Below the pieces are notes generated by a model. It was not told the DNA's origin, did no database searches, and saw only the letters and a list, made by a program, of their open reading frames with translations. Positions 29,479 to 38,550 of a stretch of 64,000 nucleotides of DNA are shown here, in pieces. Numbering within the stretch: position 1 is the stretch's first letter; every line of letters begins with the position of its first letter. The position numbers and the translations under genes are program-made. The stretch is from NCBI GenBank assembly GCA_944387895.1, contig CALXGQ010000005.1:12365-76364 (forward strand), read 5' to 3'. The DNA comes from an uncultured Clostridia bacterium. GTDB taxonomy: Bacteria > Bacillota > Clostridia > Oscillospirales > QAKW01.

Positions 29479-30795
29479 ATGTTAAAGGTATTAAAATTCG
29501 GCGGCTCTTCCATGGCCGACGCAGCTCAATATCAAAAGGTAAAGGACATTGTGGAGGCGGATCCCAGCCGCCGGGTGGTGGTGGTTTCCGCAGCGGGAAA
29601 ACGGAACGGCGACGATCATAAGATCACAGATCTGCTGTATCTCTGCCATGCGCACCTGAAATACGGGGTAGACTGCGCTCCGGTATTCCAGATGATCAGC
29701 GAGCGGTATCAGGAGATCGCGCGCGATTTGAACCTGAAGGTGCGTCTGGAGGATGAGCTGGCGCGGATCCGGCAGAAGATGGGCGCCGGGATCAGCGAAG
29801 AGGAGCTGGTGTCCCGGGGGGAATATCTCTCCGCCTTGCTGATGGCGGACTATCTGGGCTTTGAATTTGTGGACGCCGCCCATTGGCTGAAGTTCAATTT
29901 CGATGGCAGCATCGATAAGGAGACCTCCTATGCGGCGCTGGCGCAGCAGGCGGAGGGAAGAAAAGTGGTCATCCCCGGGTTTTACGGCATGATGCCGGAC
30001 GGCCGGATCAAAACCCTCACCCGCGGCGGGTCGGATATCACCGGCGCACTGGCCGCGGCCGCGCTGAACGCAGACGTTTATGAGAACTGGACGGACGTAT
30101 CCGGGATCCTGATGGCGGATCCGCGCATCGTCGAGGATCCCCAGCCCATCGAGCGGGTGACGTATAACGAGCTGCGGGAGCTGAGCCATGCCGGCGCGCA
30201 GGTGCTGCATGAAGGAACGATCTATCCGGTGCGGGAGAAGAATATCCCGCTGAATATCCGCAACACCAACGAGCCGGAGCATCCCGGCACGCTGATCATG
30301 GAATCCTTCGACGATGCGCCGGATACCGAGCATCGGTTCATCACCGGGATCGCCGGGAAGAAGGATTATTCCATCGTGACCATCACCAAAAACGGTCTTT
30401 CCTCCGCGGTGGGCGAGCTGAAAAAGATTCTGGAGGCCTTTGAAAACCAGAATGTAGCCGTTGAGTATGTGCCGTCGGGGATCGATAGCGTTTCCCTGGT
30501 CGTGGATTCCGGCAAAATTTCCGATTGCCTTTATTCGATCCTGGGCGAATTGCAGAAAAAGGTAAAGCCCGATCATATCAAAGTGACCGATCAGATCGCG
30601 GTGGTCGCCGCGGTAGGGCGGAAGATGGCCTTTCGCCCCGGCGTATCCGGCAAAATTTTCGAGCGGCTGGGCCGTCATGGGATCAGCATTCGGATGATCT
30701 CTCAGGGGCCGGATGAAATGAACATCATCGTGGGCGTCGACAATAAGGATTACGCAGAAGCCATTCGCGTATTATATAATAGCTTTGTAAAGTAA
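29479..30795 (+). CDS. lysC: aspartate kinase
   Basis: Start MLKVLKFGGSSMAD (ATG 29479); TLTRGGSDITGA; two C-terminal ACT-like regions. Confidence 0.9.
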   Translation: MLKVLKFGGSSMADAAQYQKVKDIVEADPSRRVVVVSAAGKRNGDDHKITDLLYLCHAHLKYGVDCAPVFQMISERYQEIARDLNLKVRLEDELARIRQKMGAGISEEELVSRGEYLSALLMADYLGFEFVDAAHWLKFNFDGSIDKETSYAALAQQAEGRKVVIPGFYGMMPDGRIKTLTRGGSDITGALAAAALNADVYENWTDVSGILMADPRIVEDPQPIERVTYNELRELSHAGAQVLHEGTIYPVREKNIPLNIRNTNEPEHPGTLIMESFDDAPDTEHRFITGIAGKKDYSIVTITKNGLSSAVGELKKILEAFENQNVAVEYVPSGIDSVSLVVDSGKISDCLYSILGELQKKVKPDHIKVTDQIAVVAAVGRKMAFRPGVSGKIFERLGRHGISIRMISQGPDEMNIIVGVDNKDYAEAIRVLYNSFVK

Positions 30796-30811
30796 GAACA
30801 GGAGAAGAAAA

Positions 30812-31807
30812 ATGAAATTGAAGAATGTTGCGATTCTGGGCGCGACCGGCGCGGTCGGCCGCGAGATGCTGAAAATACTGGAGGAGCGGAACTTTCCCGT
30901 CGGCGAGCTGAAGCTGCTGGCCAGCGCGCGGAGCGTGGGGAAGAAGATCCCCTTCAAGGGCCGGGAGATCACGGTAGAGCTGGCGGAGGCAAAGGCCTTT
31001 GAAGGCATGGATCTGGTTCTGGGCGCGGCCTCCAACGCCATTGCGAAGGAAATGGCGCCCGCCATTGTGCAGGCCGGGGCGGTATTTGTCGATAATTCCA
31101 GCGCCTTCCGGATGGATCCGAAGGTGCCTCTGATCGTGCCGGAAGTCAATCCCGAGGACGCGAAAAAGCATCAGGGCATCATCGCCAATCCCAACTGCTC
31201 CACCATCATCACGGTAACGGCGGTCAACGCGCTGAACAGCATCAGCCCAATCCGGTCGATGGTGGCCTCCACCTATCAGGCCGTCTCCGGCGCCGGCGCC
31301 GGCGGACCCATCGAGCTGGCGGGGGAAGTAGAGGCGCTGGCACGCGGGGAGCGGTATGAGAATACGGTGTTCCCCTATCAGATCGCCTATAACGTCATTC
31401 CGCAGATCGGCGGCGCCGATGAAGAGGGCTATACCACCGAAGAGATGAAAATGCAGAACGAAGGCCGCAAGATCATGCATCTGCCGGAGCTGCGGGTCAA
31501 CTGCACCTGCGTGCGCGTTCCGGTTGTGCGCAGCCATTCCATTTCGGTCACCGTCCGTACCGAGAAGCCGATCAGCGTAGAAGAAGCGCGGGCTGTTATC
31601 GCCGCCGCGCCGGGCTGCCGGCTGGCCGACGATCTGGACGGCAAGGTTTATCCCATGCCGCTGGATACCACCGATCAGGATCTGGTCTTTGTCGGCCGGA
31701 TCCGGAAGGATCTGACCGATGAAAACGGCCTTGCCATCTGGTGCTGCGGCGATCAGGTGCGCAAGGGCGCGGCGACCAACGCGATCCAGATCGCGGAGCT
31801 GCTTTAA
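30812..31807 (+). CDS. asd: aspartate-semialdehyde dehydrogenase
   Basis: 331 aa; VAILGATGAVGREM, active-site NPNCSTI. Confidence 0.95.
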   Translation: MKLKNVAILGATGAVGREMLKILEERNFPVGELKLLASARSVGKKIPFKGREITVELAEAKAFEGMDLVLGAASNAIAKEMAPAIVQAGAVFVDNSSAFRMDPKVPLIVPEVNPEDAKKHQGIIANPNCSTIITVTAVNALNSISPIRSMVASTYQAVSGAGAGGPIELAGEVEALARGERYENTVFPYQIAYNVIPQIGGADEEGYTTEEMKMQNEGRKIMHLPELRVNCTCVRVPVVRSHSISVTVRTEKPISVEEARAVIAAAPGCRLADDLDGKVYPMPLDTTDQDLVFVGRIRKDLTDENGLAIWCCGDQVRKGAATNAIQIAELL

Positions 31808-31809
31808 GA

Positions 31810-31871
31810 ATTTACGCGTATTTTAACGATGCAAAGGCGATTAAAATCGGGCTCGGATTGATCGGCTTTGC
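31810..31871. repeat. solo copy of a dispersed intergenic repeat (matches right arm of the 38214-38478 element)
   Basis: ATTTACGCGTATTTTAACG..TG.AAAGGCGA...AATCGGGCTCGGATTGATCGGCTTT shared with 38409-38478. Confidence 0.8.
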
Positions 31872-31907
31872 TGAAGGGTGTTCTCGGCCTCTGCAGGCCG
31901 GAAAAAT

Positions 31908-31947
31908 AAGGGAGGACGCAGGATCTGCGCCCTCCTGTTGCTTTATT
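31908..31947 (+). terminator. intrinsic terminator after asd
   Basis: AGGGAGGACGCAG-GAT-CTGCGCCCTCCT followed by GTTGCTTTATTT. Confidence 0.7.
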
Positions 31948-32042
31948 TGGCGCCATTTTGCCGGTCGATGGGGAAAAAATGTTGAATTTGCCCCCGGTTG
32001 GTGGTACAATAAAGATGTATACTTTGTTTGGGAGGACGGCGG

Positions 32043-32657
32043 ATGATTCTGCTGAAGATATTGGGAATCATATTGGCGGCCGTGATCCTGCTGGCAGCCG
32101 GGGCGTTGCTGCTCCCGGTGGATCTACTGCTCCGGGGCGGCAGTAGGCAGGAGCTCCGATGCGGCATCCGCATTTTGGGGATAAAGATCTGGCTTCGTTC
32201 CGGGGAGGAACCGGAGCCTTCGGAAAAGGAGCGCGCCAAAGGCGGGCTGCTCCGAAAGCTCCGTAAAAACTTCGGAACGGGCGCCGGCGGCGAAGCGCCG
32301 GAGAAAGGCCCCGGCGGAGCCGAAGCCCTCCGGGAAACGGTGGAAACGGTAAAGCTGTGGCTGAACCGGCTGGGATGGTTGCTGCATCGCTGCCGACTGC
32401 AGCGGTGCCGGATCGTTTCGGTCAGCGCCGGAGAGGACGCGCCGCTGGAATACGGCGTAGCCTGCGCGGTTCTGTACCCGCTGGCCGCATATCTGCAAAG
32501 CAGCAGCCTGCGGGTGCGCAGGCGCGGGCTGAAAACAGACATTCGCTGTGATTACGCGCAGGAAGAAAGCTTCTTTTCGCTGGATATCGCGCTGCGGATC
32601 CGGGTGATTTATCTGGTACGGGCGCTGTTGTATGTCGTTGTCAGAAAAGCAGGCTGA
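32043..32657 (+). CDS. ytfI: DUF2953 family sporulation protein (YtfI-like)
   Basis: N-terminal TM MILLKILGIILAAVILLAAGALLLP; pairing with gerW/ytfJ immediately downstream; ATG 32043 behind GGGAGGA. Confidence 0.55.
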   Translation: MILLKILGIILAAVILLAAGALLLPVDLLLRGGSRQELRCGIRILGIKIWLRSGEEPEPSEKERAKGGLLRKLRKNFGTGAGGEAPEKGPGGAEALRETVETVKLWLNRLGWLLHRCRLQRCRIVSVSAGEDAPLEYGVACAVLYPLAAYLQSSSLRVRRRGLKTDIRCDYAQEESFFSLDIALRIRVIYLVRALLYVVVRKAG

Positions 32658-32683
32658 CGGGGAAAGGCTGGAGGAATAAAAAG

Positions 32684-33046
32684 ATGGAACAAACGGTAAT
32701 GAAAATGATGACGCTGGTAACGGAGCAGACGATGGCGCTGGCTCGGGAAAACTCTGTTTTGGGCGAGCCGGTGGAACGGGAGGGCATGATGGTGATCCCC
32801 GTTTCCCGCCTGACGGTCGGCTTTGCAGGCGGGGGCGCCGATCTGGAGGACGCCGGCCGGAAAAAAAGCAGCCGTCCTGCGGGCGGCGGCGCCAAAGTGA
32901 CCCGGGCGCCGGCGGGATTTCTGGTCATCGCCGATGGGGACGTCCGCCTGGTTCAGGTGGAGGCGCCGCAGAAGGAGAGGGGCGGAACCGTGCTGGATAC
33001 GGTTTTCTGGATCGTTAAGGAACAACTGGAAAAAAAGAAGAAGTAG
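32684..33046 (+). CDS. ytfJ: GerW/YtfJ family sporulation protein
   Basis: 120 aa; VIPVSRLTVGFAGGGAD core typical of GerW family. Confidence 0.8.
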   Translation: MEQTVMKMMTLVTEQTMALARENSVLGEPVEREGMMVIPVSRLTVGFAGGGADLEDAGRKKSSRPAGGGAKVTRAPAGFLVIADGDVRLVQVEAPQKERGGTVLDTVFWIVKEQLEKKKK

Positions 33047-33089
33047 GCTCCCAAAAGAAAGGGGCGCCGGGCATTCGCCCGGCGCCTGT

Positions 33090-33917
33090 TTATTTGTCGT
33101 CCTGCACATAGAAGATGATTTTGGTGATATATTCGTCCTCAAGGCCGGTGGAAAGATAATCGTTGACGGCAAATTCATAGGAATCGGATATGATTTGCAG
33201 CCCCTCCCGGTCGCAGTATGCCAGAATGCGTTCATAGGCCTGCCCGATGGAAAGGTAATCGCCGATGTGATAGGCGCAGACGCCCTTTCCGGGCGCCAGC
33301 TCCAGAATCTCCTGTCCCGGGCACTTCTTTTCGATGGGCAGAAAGGCGTGGGAAGCCGCGGTGCAGCGCCCGCCGATGATGTTTTTCAGAGGGACGATGG
33401 CGCCGCTCTGGAAAAAGATCGGAAGCCGCTCCCGGAACGCGCGGGCAAAGCAGAGCTTGGTGGCCAGGCTGACCTCCTCCAGCGTGTGGGGCGGTTCGAC
33501 CTTCTGGAGCAGAAGAAACTGGCGGGGGATCGGCTCCACCGCAACCTCCGCGCCCCTTTCCCGGATGGCAACAGACTGCTCCAGCTGGGTGCAGCGGTGC
33601 TCCACCCGGTTTTGAATCATTTTCAGCTCTTCGATCCGCCCCGCAAGAACCTGAAGCTGCCGCCCCAGCGCCGCTATGGAGCGGTCGGTGGTATAATCCT
33701 TCATAAAGCTGCGGATCTCCTTGAGGGAAAAGCCTATTTTTTTCAGCAGGAGAATGGTGTCCAGCGTGTCGAGCTGGGCGGAACTGTAATAGCGGTACCC
33801 GTTATCGGGATCGACGCGGGCCGGAGAAAAAAGGCCGATCTTATCGTAAAAGATCAGGGTCTGGCGGGATATGTTCTGGTAACAGGATAACTCTCCGATG
33901 GAAAAGAAACTTTTCAT
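33090..33917 (-). CDS. MerR-family transcriptional regulator with GyrI-like effector domain
   Basis: 275 aa; N-terminal HTH FSIGELSCYQNISRQTLIFYDKIGLFSPARVDPDNGYRYY, coiled-coil, BmrR-type C-terminal domain. Confidence 0.85.
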   Translation of the reverse strand: MKSFFSIGELSCYQNISRQTLIFYDKIGLFSPARVDPDNGYRYYSSAQLDTLDTILLLKKIGFSLKEIRSFMKDYTTDRSIAALGRQLQVLAGRIEELKMIQNRVEHRCTQLEQSVAIRERGAEVAVEPIPRQFLLLQKVEPPHTLEEVSLATKLCFARAFRERLPIFFQSGAIVPLKNIIGGRCTAASHAFLPIEKKCPGQEILELAPGKGVCAYHIGDYLSIGQAYERILAYCDREGLQIISDSYEFAVNDYLSTGLEDEYITKIIFYVQDDK

Positions 33918-33927
33918 AAGAAACTCC

Positions 33928-33958
33928 TTGACATTATAGTTACTATATAGTTTATACT
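33928..33958 (+). promoter_or_regulatory. MerR-type target promoter with 19-bp spacer and operator dyad
   Basis: TTGACA (33928-33933), 19-nt spacer containing perfect dyad TATAGT-T-ACTATA (33935-33947), TATACT (33953-33958); reads into 33996 gene. Confidence 0.6.
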
Positions 33959-33995
33959 ACAGGACAGAACGAGAAATTGCAAGGAGAATTTTCAA

Positions 33996-34685
33996 ATGAA
34001 AACCCGAATCAAGGCGATGATCCGCTGGCTGGCCGAAGGGCTGACCGCTAAAAGGATCCTTCTGATCCTTCTGGGGGCGATGATCTGTTCCTTTGGGATT
34101 CATAATATCCACCGGCGGTGCGGGATCACCGAAGGCGGGGTCATCGGGCTGATGCTGCTGGCTGGGCACTGGCTGCAAATAGCGCCGTCTTATATCACGC
34201 CGGTGATGGATCTTTCCTGCTATCTGCTGGCCTATAAGATCCTGGGCGCCAAATTTATTGAATTATCGCTGCTCTCAACAGCCGGGATCGCGGTTTTTTA
34301 TAAGATCTGGGAACAGTTCCCACCGGTTCTGCCGGATCTTTCCGGGCAGCCGCTGGTTGCCGCCCTCGCCGGAGGTGTTTTTGTGGGGCTTGGGGTGGGG
34401 CTGATCGTGCGGCAGGGCGGCTCCAGCGGCGGGGACGACGCGCTGGCGCTGGTCATTTCCCGGGTCACCCGCTGCCGGCTGTCCCGGGCCTACCTGTTTA
34501 CCGATCTGGTGGTGCTGGGGCTTTCCCTCACCTATATTCCCCTCGGCCGGATTGTTTATTCTCTGGTGACCGTAACGGTTTCATCGTTGCTGATCGACGG
34601 GGTCAAGAGCCTGCGCCCGGAAAAAAACGCCTTCCTCCGGCGGCTGTGCCGAAGGAAGGCGGCGGAGGAAGAGCGGCGGGGTTAA
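33996..34685 (+). CDS. YitT/YczE-like integral membrane protein
   Basis: 229 aa, 5-6 predicted TM helices, GGSSGGDDALAL loop; function uncertain. Confidence 0.5.
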   Translation: MKTRIKAMIRWLAEGLTAKRILLILLGAMICSFGIHNIHRRCGITEGGVIGLMLLAGHWLQIAPSYITPVMDLSCYLLAYKILGAKFIELSLLSTAGIAVFYKIWEQFPPVLPDLSGQPLVAALAGGVFVGLGVGLIVRQGGSSGGDDALALVISRVTRCRLSRAYLFTDLVVLGLSLTYIPLGRIVYSLVTVTVSSLLIDGVKSLRPEKNAFLRRLCRRKAAEEERRG

Positions 34686-35290
34686 GGAGCGCGCCGGGGC
34701 TCCTCCGGCGCGGTAATGACGGTGAGGATGAGGCCGTCCTCGTAAAAATGAAGGGGGCGGAGCTTTTCATAGGAAACGGCCTGAAGATCGGTGATCCCGG
34801 TTCCTATTTGCTTGAAGAAGGCCTCCTTGGCCGTCCAGATCTCAAAAAAGCGCCGGAGGAGCAGAGGATCCGCGGTCGGCGCGAAGAGAGGCGGGCCGTC
34901 GAAAAGAAGGCGCAGCTCCGTCTGGGTGCAAACGCGCTTTGCGATCCGCAGATCCAGCGGGCGGAGCATTTCGATATCGATGCCGATGGGGCGGCGATCC
35001 AGCGCGACGGCAACCCAATCCCCGGAATGACTGACGCTGAAATGCAGGGGCAGCCCCGCCGCATAAGGCTTGCCCTGCCCGGTTCGCTCCAGCCGGATCT
35101 CTTCCACCGGGATCCGGCACCGCTCCGCCAGAGCGGTTTTGACCATCCATTCCCCCAAAACGGTGGCCAGGCGGTTTTGAGGCCGGAGATGGCGCTCTGC
35201 CTGAGCCCGCCGCCCGGCAGGCATCAGAGCCAGGCAGCGGTCGTATTCATCCGGCGTCAGCGTATCGATTCGGCGCTTGAACCAATCCAT
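34682..35290 (-). CDS. Sfp-type 4'-phosphopantetheinyl transferase
   Basis: Start at MDWFKRR (35290); motifs FSVSHSGDW, GIDIE, WTAKEAFFK; 3' end overlaps the 33996 gene by 4 nt (convergent). Confidence 0.8.
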   Translation of the reverse strand: MDWFKRRIDTLTPDEYDRCLALMPAGRRAQAERHLRPQNRLATVLGEWMVKTALAERCRIPVEEIRLERTGQGKPYAAGLPLHFSVSHSGDWVAVALDRRPIGIDIEMLRPLDLRIAKRVCTQTELRLLFDGPPLFAPTADPLLLRRFFEIWTAKEAFFKQIGTGITDLQAVSYEKLRPLHFYEDGLILTVITAPEEPRRAP

Positions 35291-35389
35291 GGCGATCCCT
35301 CTCTTTCTGCCATCCATGATAGCAGAAAAAGAAGCGGAATGCAAGGGCGTGGCGGAAACTTCCGGGGCAGGAAACTTTTGGGGCATGGA

Positions 35390-35430
35390 AAAAGCGGCGC
35401 ACCGGACGGTGCGCCGCTTTTTTGCTTTTT
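35390..35430 (-). terminator. terminator after gap (hairpin usable from both sides)
   Basis: AAAAGCGGCGCACCG-GA-CGGTGCGCCGCTTTTTT. Confidence 0.8.
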
Positions 35431-35440
35431 TTGAAAGAAC

Positions 35441-36451
35441 TCAGCCCAGCTCAGCGAAATACTTGATGGTGCGAACCATCTGGCTCACGTAGGAATTCTC
35501 ATTGTCATACCAGGAAACAACCTGAACCTGATAGGTGTCGTCGTCGATCTTGGCGACCATGGTCTGGGTTGCGTCGAAGAGGGAACCATAGGTGATACCG
35601 ATGATGTCGGAAGAAACCAGGGGCTCCTCGGTATAGCCGAAGGAGGCGGAAGAAGCGGCCTTCATGGCAGCATTGATGCCTTCAACGGTGATGTCCTTGC
35701 CCTTCACAACGGCGACCAGCAGCGTGGTGGAACCGGTGGGAACAGGAACGCGCTGAGCGGAACCGATCAGCTTGCCGTTCAGCTCGGGAATGACCAGACC
35801 GATCGCTTTGGCGGCGCCGGTGGAGTTGGGCACGATGTTCACGGCAGCGGCGCGGGCGCGGCGGAGATCGCCTTTTCTATGGGGACCGTCGAGAACCATC
35901 TGGTCGCCGGTAAAGGCGTGAACCGTCGTCATGATACCGCTCTGGATGGGGGCGTAATCGTTGAGCGCCTTTGCCATGGGAGCCAGGCAGTTGGTGGTGC
36001 AGGACGCGGCGGAGATGATGGTATCGTCCTTGGTCAGGGTCTTTTCATTAACGCTGTAAACGATGGTGGGCAGGTCCTTGCCGGCAGGCGCGGAGATAAC
36101 AACCTTTTTCGCGCCGGCGGTGATGTGCGCCGAAGCCTTTTCCTTGGAGCAGTAAAAACCGGTGCCCTCCAGAACGACGTCAACGCCGATCTTGCCCCAG
36201 GGCAGGTCGGCCGCGTTCTTTTCCGCATAGATTTTGATGGTCTTGCCGTCTACGGTGATCTCCCCGTCGCCGGCGGTCACATCGTGGTCATAGCGGCCCT
36301 GCGCGGAATCATATTTCAGCAGATGAGCCAGCATTTTAGCGTCGGTCAGATCGTTGATGGCAACGACTTCATACCCCTCGGCAGCAAACATCTGGCGGAA
36401 GGCCAGACGGCCGATTCTGCCAAAACCATTGATAGCAACTTTAACAGACAT
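35441..36451 (-). CDS. gap: type I glyceraldehyde-3-phosphate dehydrogenase
   Basis: 336 aa; INGFGRIGR, active site SCTTNCLAP. Confidence 0.97.
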   Translation of the reverse strand: MSVKVAINGFGRIGRLAFRQMFAAEGYEVVAINDLTDAKMLAHLLKYDSAQGRYDHDVTAGDGEITVDGKTIKIYAEKNAADLPWGKIGVDVVLEGTGFYCSKEKASAHITAGAKKVVISAPAGKDLPTIVYSVNEKTLTKDDTIISAASCTTNCLAPMAKALNDYAPIQSGIMTTVHAFTGDQMVLDGPHRKGDLRRARAAAVNIVPNSTGAAKAIGLVIPELNGKLIGSAQRVPVPTGSTTLLVAVVKGKDITVEGINAAMKAASSASFGYTEEPLVSSDIIGITYGSLFDATQTMVAKIDDDTYQVQVVSWYDNENSYVSQMVRTIKYFAELG

Positions 36452-36576
36452 TTTTTTAGCCTCCTAAAAATTTTTTATCAAAAAATATTATATAAAATTT
36501 TTTTGCCGTTTACAAGTCTATTTTCAGTTTTTTTCCATTATATCATAAAAAAGTTGATTTTTTCTCCGGGTTTCGG

Positions 36577-36605
36577 TTGAAAATTTACAAAAGAGGTGGT
36601 AAAAT
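36577..36605 (+). promoter_or_regulatory. sigma-A type promoter
   Basis: TTGAAA, 17-nt spacer, TAAAAT, about 40 nt upstream of the 36646 start. Confidence 0.55.
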
Positions 36606-36645
36606 AAGAGCAAAACAACCCATATTTTATAAGGAGGACAGAGCG

Positions 36646-37470
36646 ATGTCAATGCCGATTGCCTTACAGCTTTATTCTGTAAGAGAGGAAATGAAGAATG
36701 ATTTCAAAGGTACCCTGGAGAAGGTAAAGGCCATGGGATACGACGGCGTGGAGTTTGCCGGATTGTTCCATCAGGACGCCGCAACGATTCGGGGCTGGTG
36801 CGAGGAGCTGGGTCTGAATCCGATTTCGGCGCATGTGCCGCTTGTGGAGATGATCGAGGATTGCGAGGGCACGCTGAACACCTATAAGGAAATCGGTGTT
36901 CAGTATGTGGTCGTCCCCTATGTAGACGATGCCCGCCGCCCGGGAACGGAGGGCTGGCTTCCCACCATCGAGGCGATCCGCAAGATTGGTGAAGCGGCGG
37001 TGAAAAAGGGGCTGACCCTGCTCTATCACAACCATGATTTTGAATTCAAGAAGGTCGACGGCGAGTATGGCCTGGATATGCTCTATCGGATGGTTCCGGC
37101 GGAATACCTGCAAACAGAGCTGGATACCTGCTGGGTCAACGTCGGCGGCGAGAATCCGGCCGATTACATCCGGAAATACGACGGCCGCTGCCCGGTTGTC
37201 CACCTCAAGGACTTCTATCGGGAAACGGTTGACGCCGATGAACCCCTTTATGAGCTGATCGGGATCAAGAGCGAGGAAAAGAAGCCCAAGAAAAAGAACT
37301 TTGAGTTCCGGCCGCTGGGCAAGGGGCTTCAGAACTTCCCGGAGATCCTGAAGGCGGCGGTGGCCGCCGGCGCAACCTGGGTCGTTGTGGAGCAGGATAA
37401 CCCCAGCATGGATAAAACGCCGCTGGAGTGTGCGGAGATCAGCATTCAGTACTTAAAGACGATTATGTGA
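36646..37470 (+). CDS. sugar phosphate isomerase/epimerase (xylose isomerase-like TIM barrel)
   Basis: Start MSMPIALQLYSVREE (ATG 36646 behind AAGGAGGA); family-typical YHNHDFEF, HLKD, VVEQD. Confidence 0.8.
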   Translation: MSMPIALQLYSVREEMKNDFKGTLEKVKAMGYDGVEFAGLFHQDAATIRGWCEELGLNPISAHVPLVEMIEDCEGTLNTYKEIGVQYVVVPYVDDARRPGTEGWLPTIEAIRKIGEAAVKKGLTLLYHNHDFEFKKVDGEYGLDMLYRMVPAEYLQTELDTCWVNVGGENPADYIRKYDGRCPVVHLKDFYRETVDADEPLYELIGIKSEEKKPKKKNFEFRPLGKGLQNFPEILKAAVAAGATWVVVEQDNPSMDKTPLECAEISIQYLKTIM

Positions 37471-37480
37471 GATAAAAAAG

Positions 37481-37516
37481 AGCTGCGGCGCGGATAAATT
37501 CCGCGCCGCAGCTTTG
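37481..37516 (+). terminator. intrinsic terminator (weak U tract)
   Basis: AGCTGCGGCGCGG-ATAAATT-CCGCGCCGCAGCT then TTGG. Confidence 0.5.
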
Positions 37517-37526
37517 GTGGAGGAAG

Positions 37527-38213
37527 ATGGCGTTAATCAGCAGTATCATCAACGGACTTGCCATTATTGCAGGAGCGGTAATCGGCGTTTTTCTCGGAAA
37601 GGGGCTGCCCGGCCGGGTCAGCGGCGGCGTGATGCAGGGGATGGCGCTCTGCGTTCTGGCAATCGGGGTCAAGGGGATCTTCGACGGTGAAAATTTTCTC
37701 ATCACGATCATCTCCGTTGCAGTCGGCGGCGCCCTGGGCTCCTGGATCGATCTGGATCGGTATCTGAACCGGTTCGGCGCCCTGATGCAGAAAAAGCTGG
37801 CAAAGGGGGGCGACGGCTCCACCTTTGGCGAAGGTTTTGTGACGGCGACGCTGCTGGTCTGCGTGGGCGCGATGGCCATCACCGGCGCGCTGGACAGCGG
37901 CATCCGCGGGGATCACACCACCCTCTATGCAAAATCGCTGATCGATTTCTGCTCCTGCATGATCATGGCCTCCACGCTGGGGCTGGGCGTCGCGTTTTCC
38001 GGGATCGTCTGCTTTCTTTATGAGGGCGCCATCGCGCTGGGAGGCAGCGTGCTCGCTTCGTTTCTGACCGACGCCATGATCGGGGAGATGAGCTGCGTGG
38101 GGTCGGTGCTCATCATCGCCATTGCCCTGAATATGCTGGGGATGACGAAAATCAAGGTAGTCAATTTCATCCCCGCCTGCTTTTTGCCGCTGCTGCTTTG
38201 CCTGTTCCTGTAG
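37527..38213 (+). CDS. DUF554 family membrane protein
   Basis: 228 aa; start INGLAIIAGAVIGVFLGKGLP...MQGMALCVLAIGVKG is typical of DUF554 (YdfK/YqgA). Confidence 0.75.
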   Translation: MALISSIINGLAIIAGAVIGVFLGKGLPGRVSGGVMQGMALCVLAIGVKGIFDGENFLITIISVAVGGALGSWIDLDRYLNRFGALMQKKLAKGGDGSTFGEGFVTATLLVCVGAMAITGALDSGIRGDHTTLYAKSLIDFCSCMIMASTLGLGVAFSGIVCFLYEGAIALGGSVLASFLTDAMIGEMSCVGSVLIIAIALNMLGMTKIKVVNFIPACFLPLLLCLFL

Positions 38214-38478
38214 GCAAAGCCGATTCATCCGCCCCGCCTAAAACGGCATCGTTTCGGCACTTTTTGGCTTGTTGTCCACCGCAGGCGTCAGCGTCGCGGT
38301 TTCCGCCGCACCAAAAATCACGCAAAATTCCGCTCGTTTCAGGTCGCAGAATTTTAAAGGGGGAGATTTTTGGCTTGGCAAGGCACAAAACGCAGTAAAT
38401 CCTGAGGGATTTACGCGTATTTTAACGCTGTAAAGGCGAAAATCCACCCTTTAAATCGGGCTCGGATTGATCGGCTTT
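38214..38478. repeat. palindromic, MITE-like intergenic element with terminal inverted repeats
   Basis: GCAAAGCCGATTCATCCGCCCCG (left end) vs CGGGCTCGGATTGATCGGCTTTT (right end) are near reverse complements. Internal mirrored modules TTTAAAGGGGGAGATTTT / AAAATCCACCCTTTAAA and CGCAGTAAATCC / GGATTTACGCG sit around a centre near 38403. Confidence 0.55.
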
Positions 38479-38550
38479 TCCTGGGGAGCGAAAAAAATCG
38501 CGGCGCTCTGCCGGCCGGGCAGAAGGCTGCCGCAATCACCGAGGTAATTG

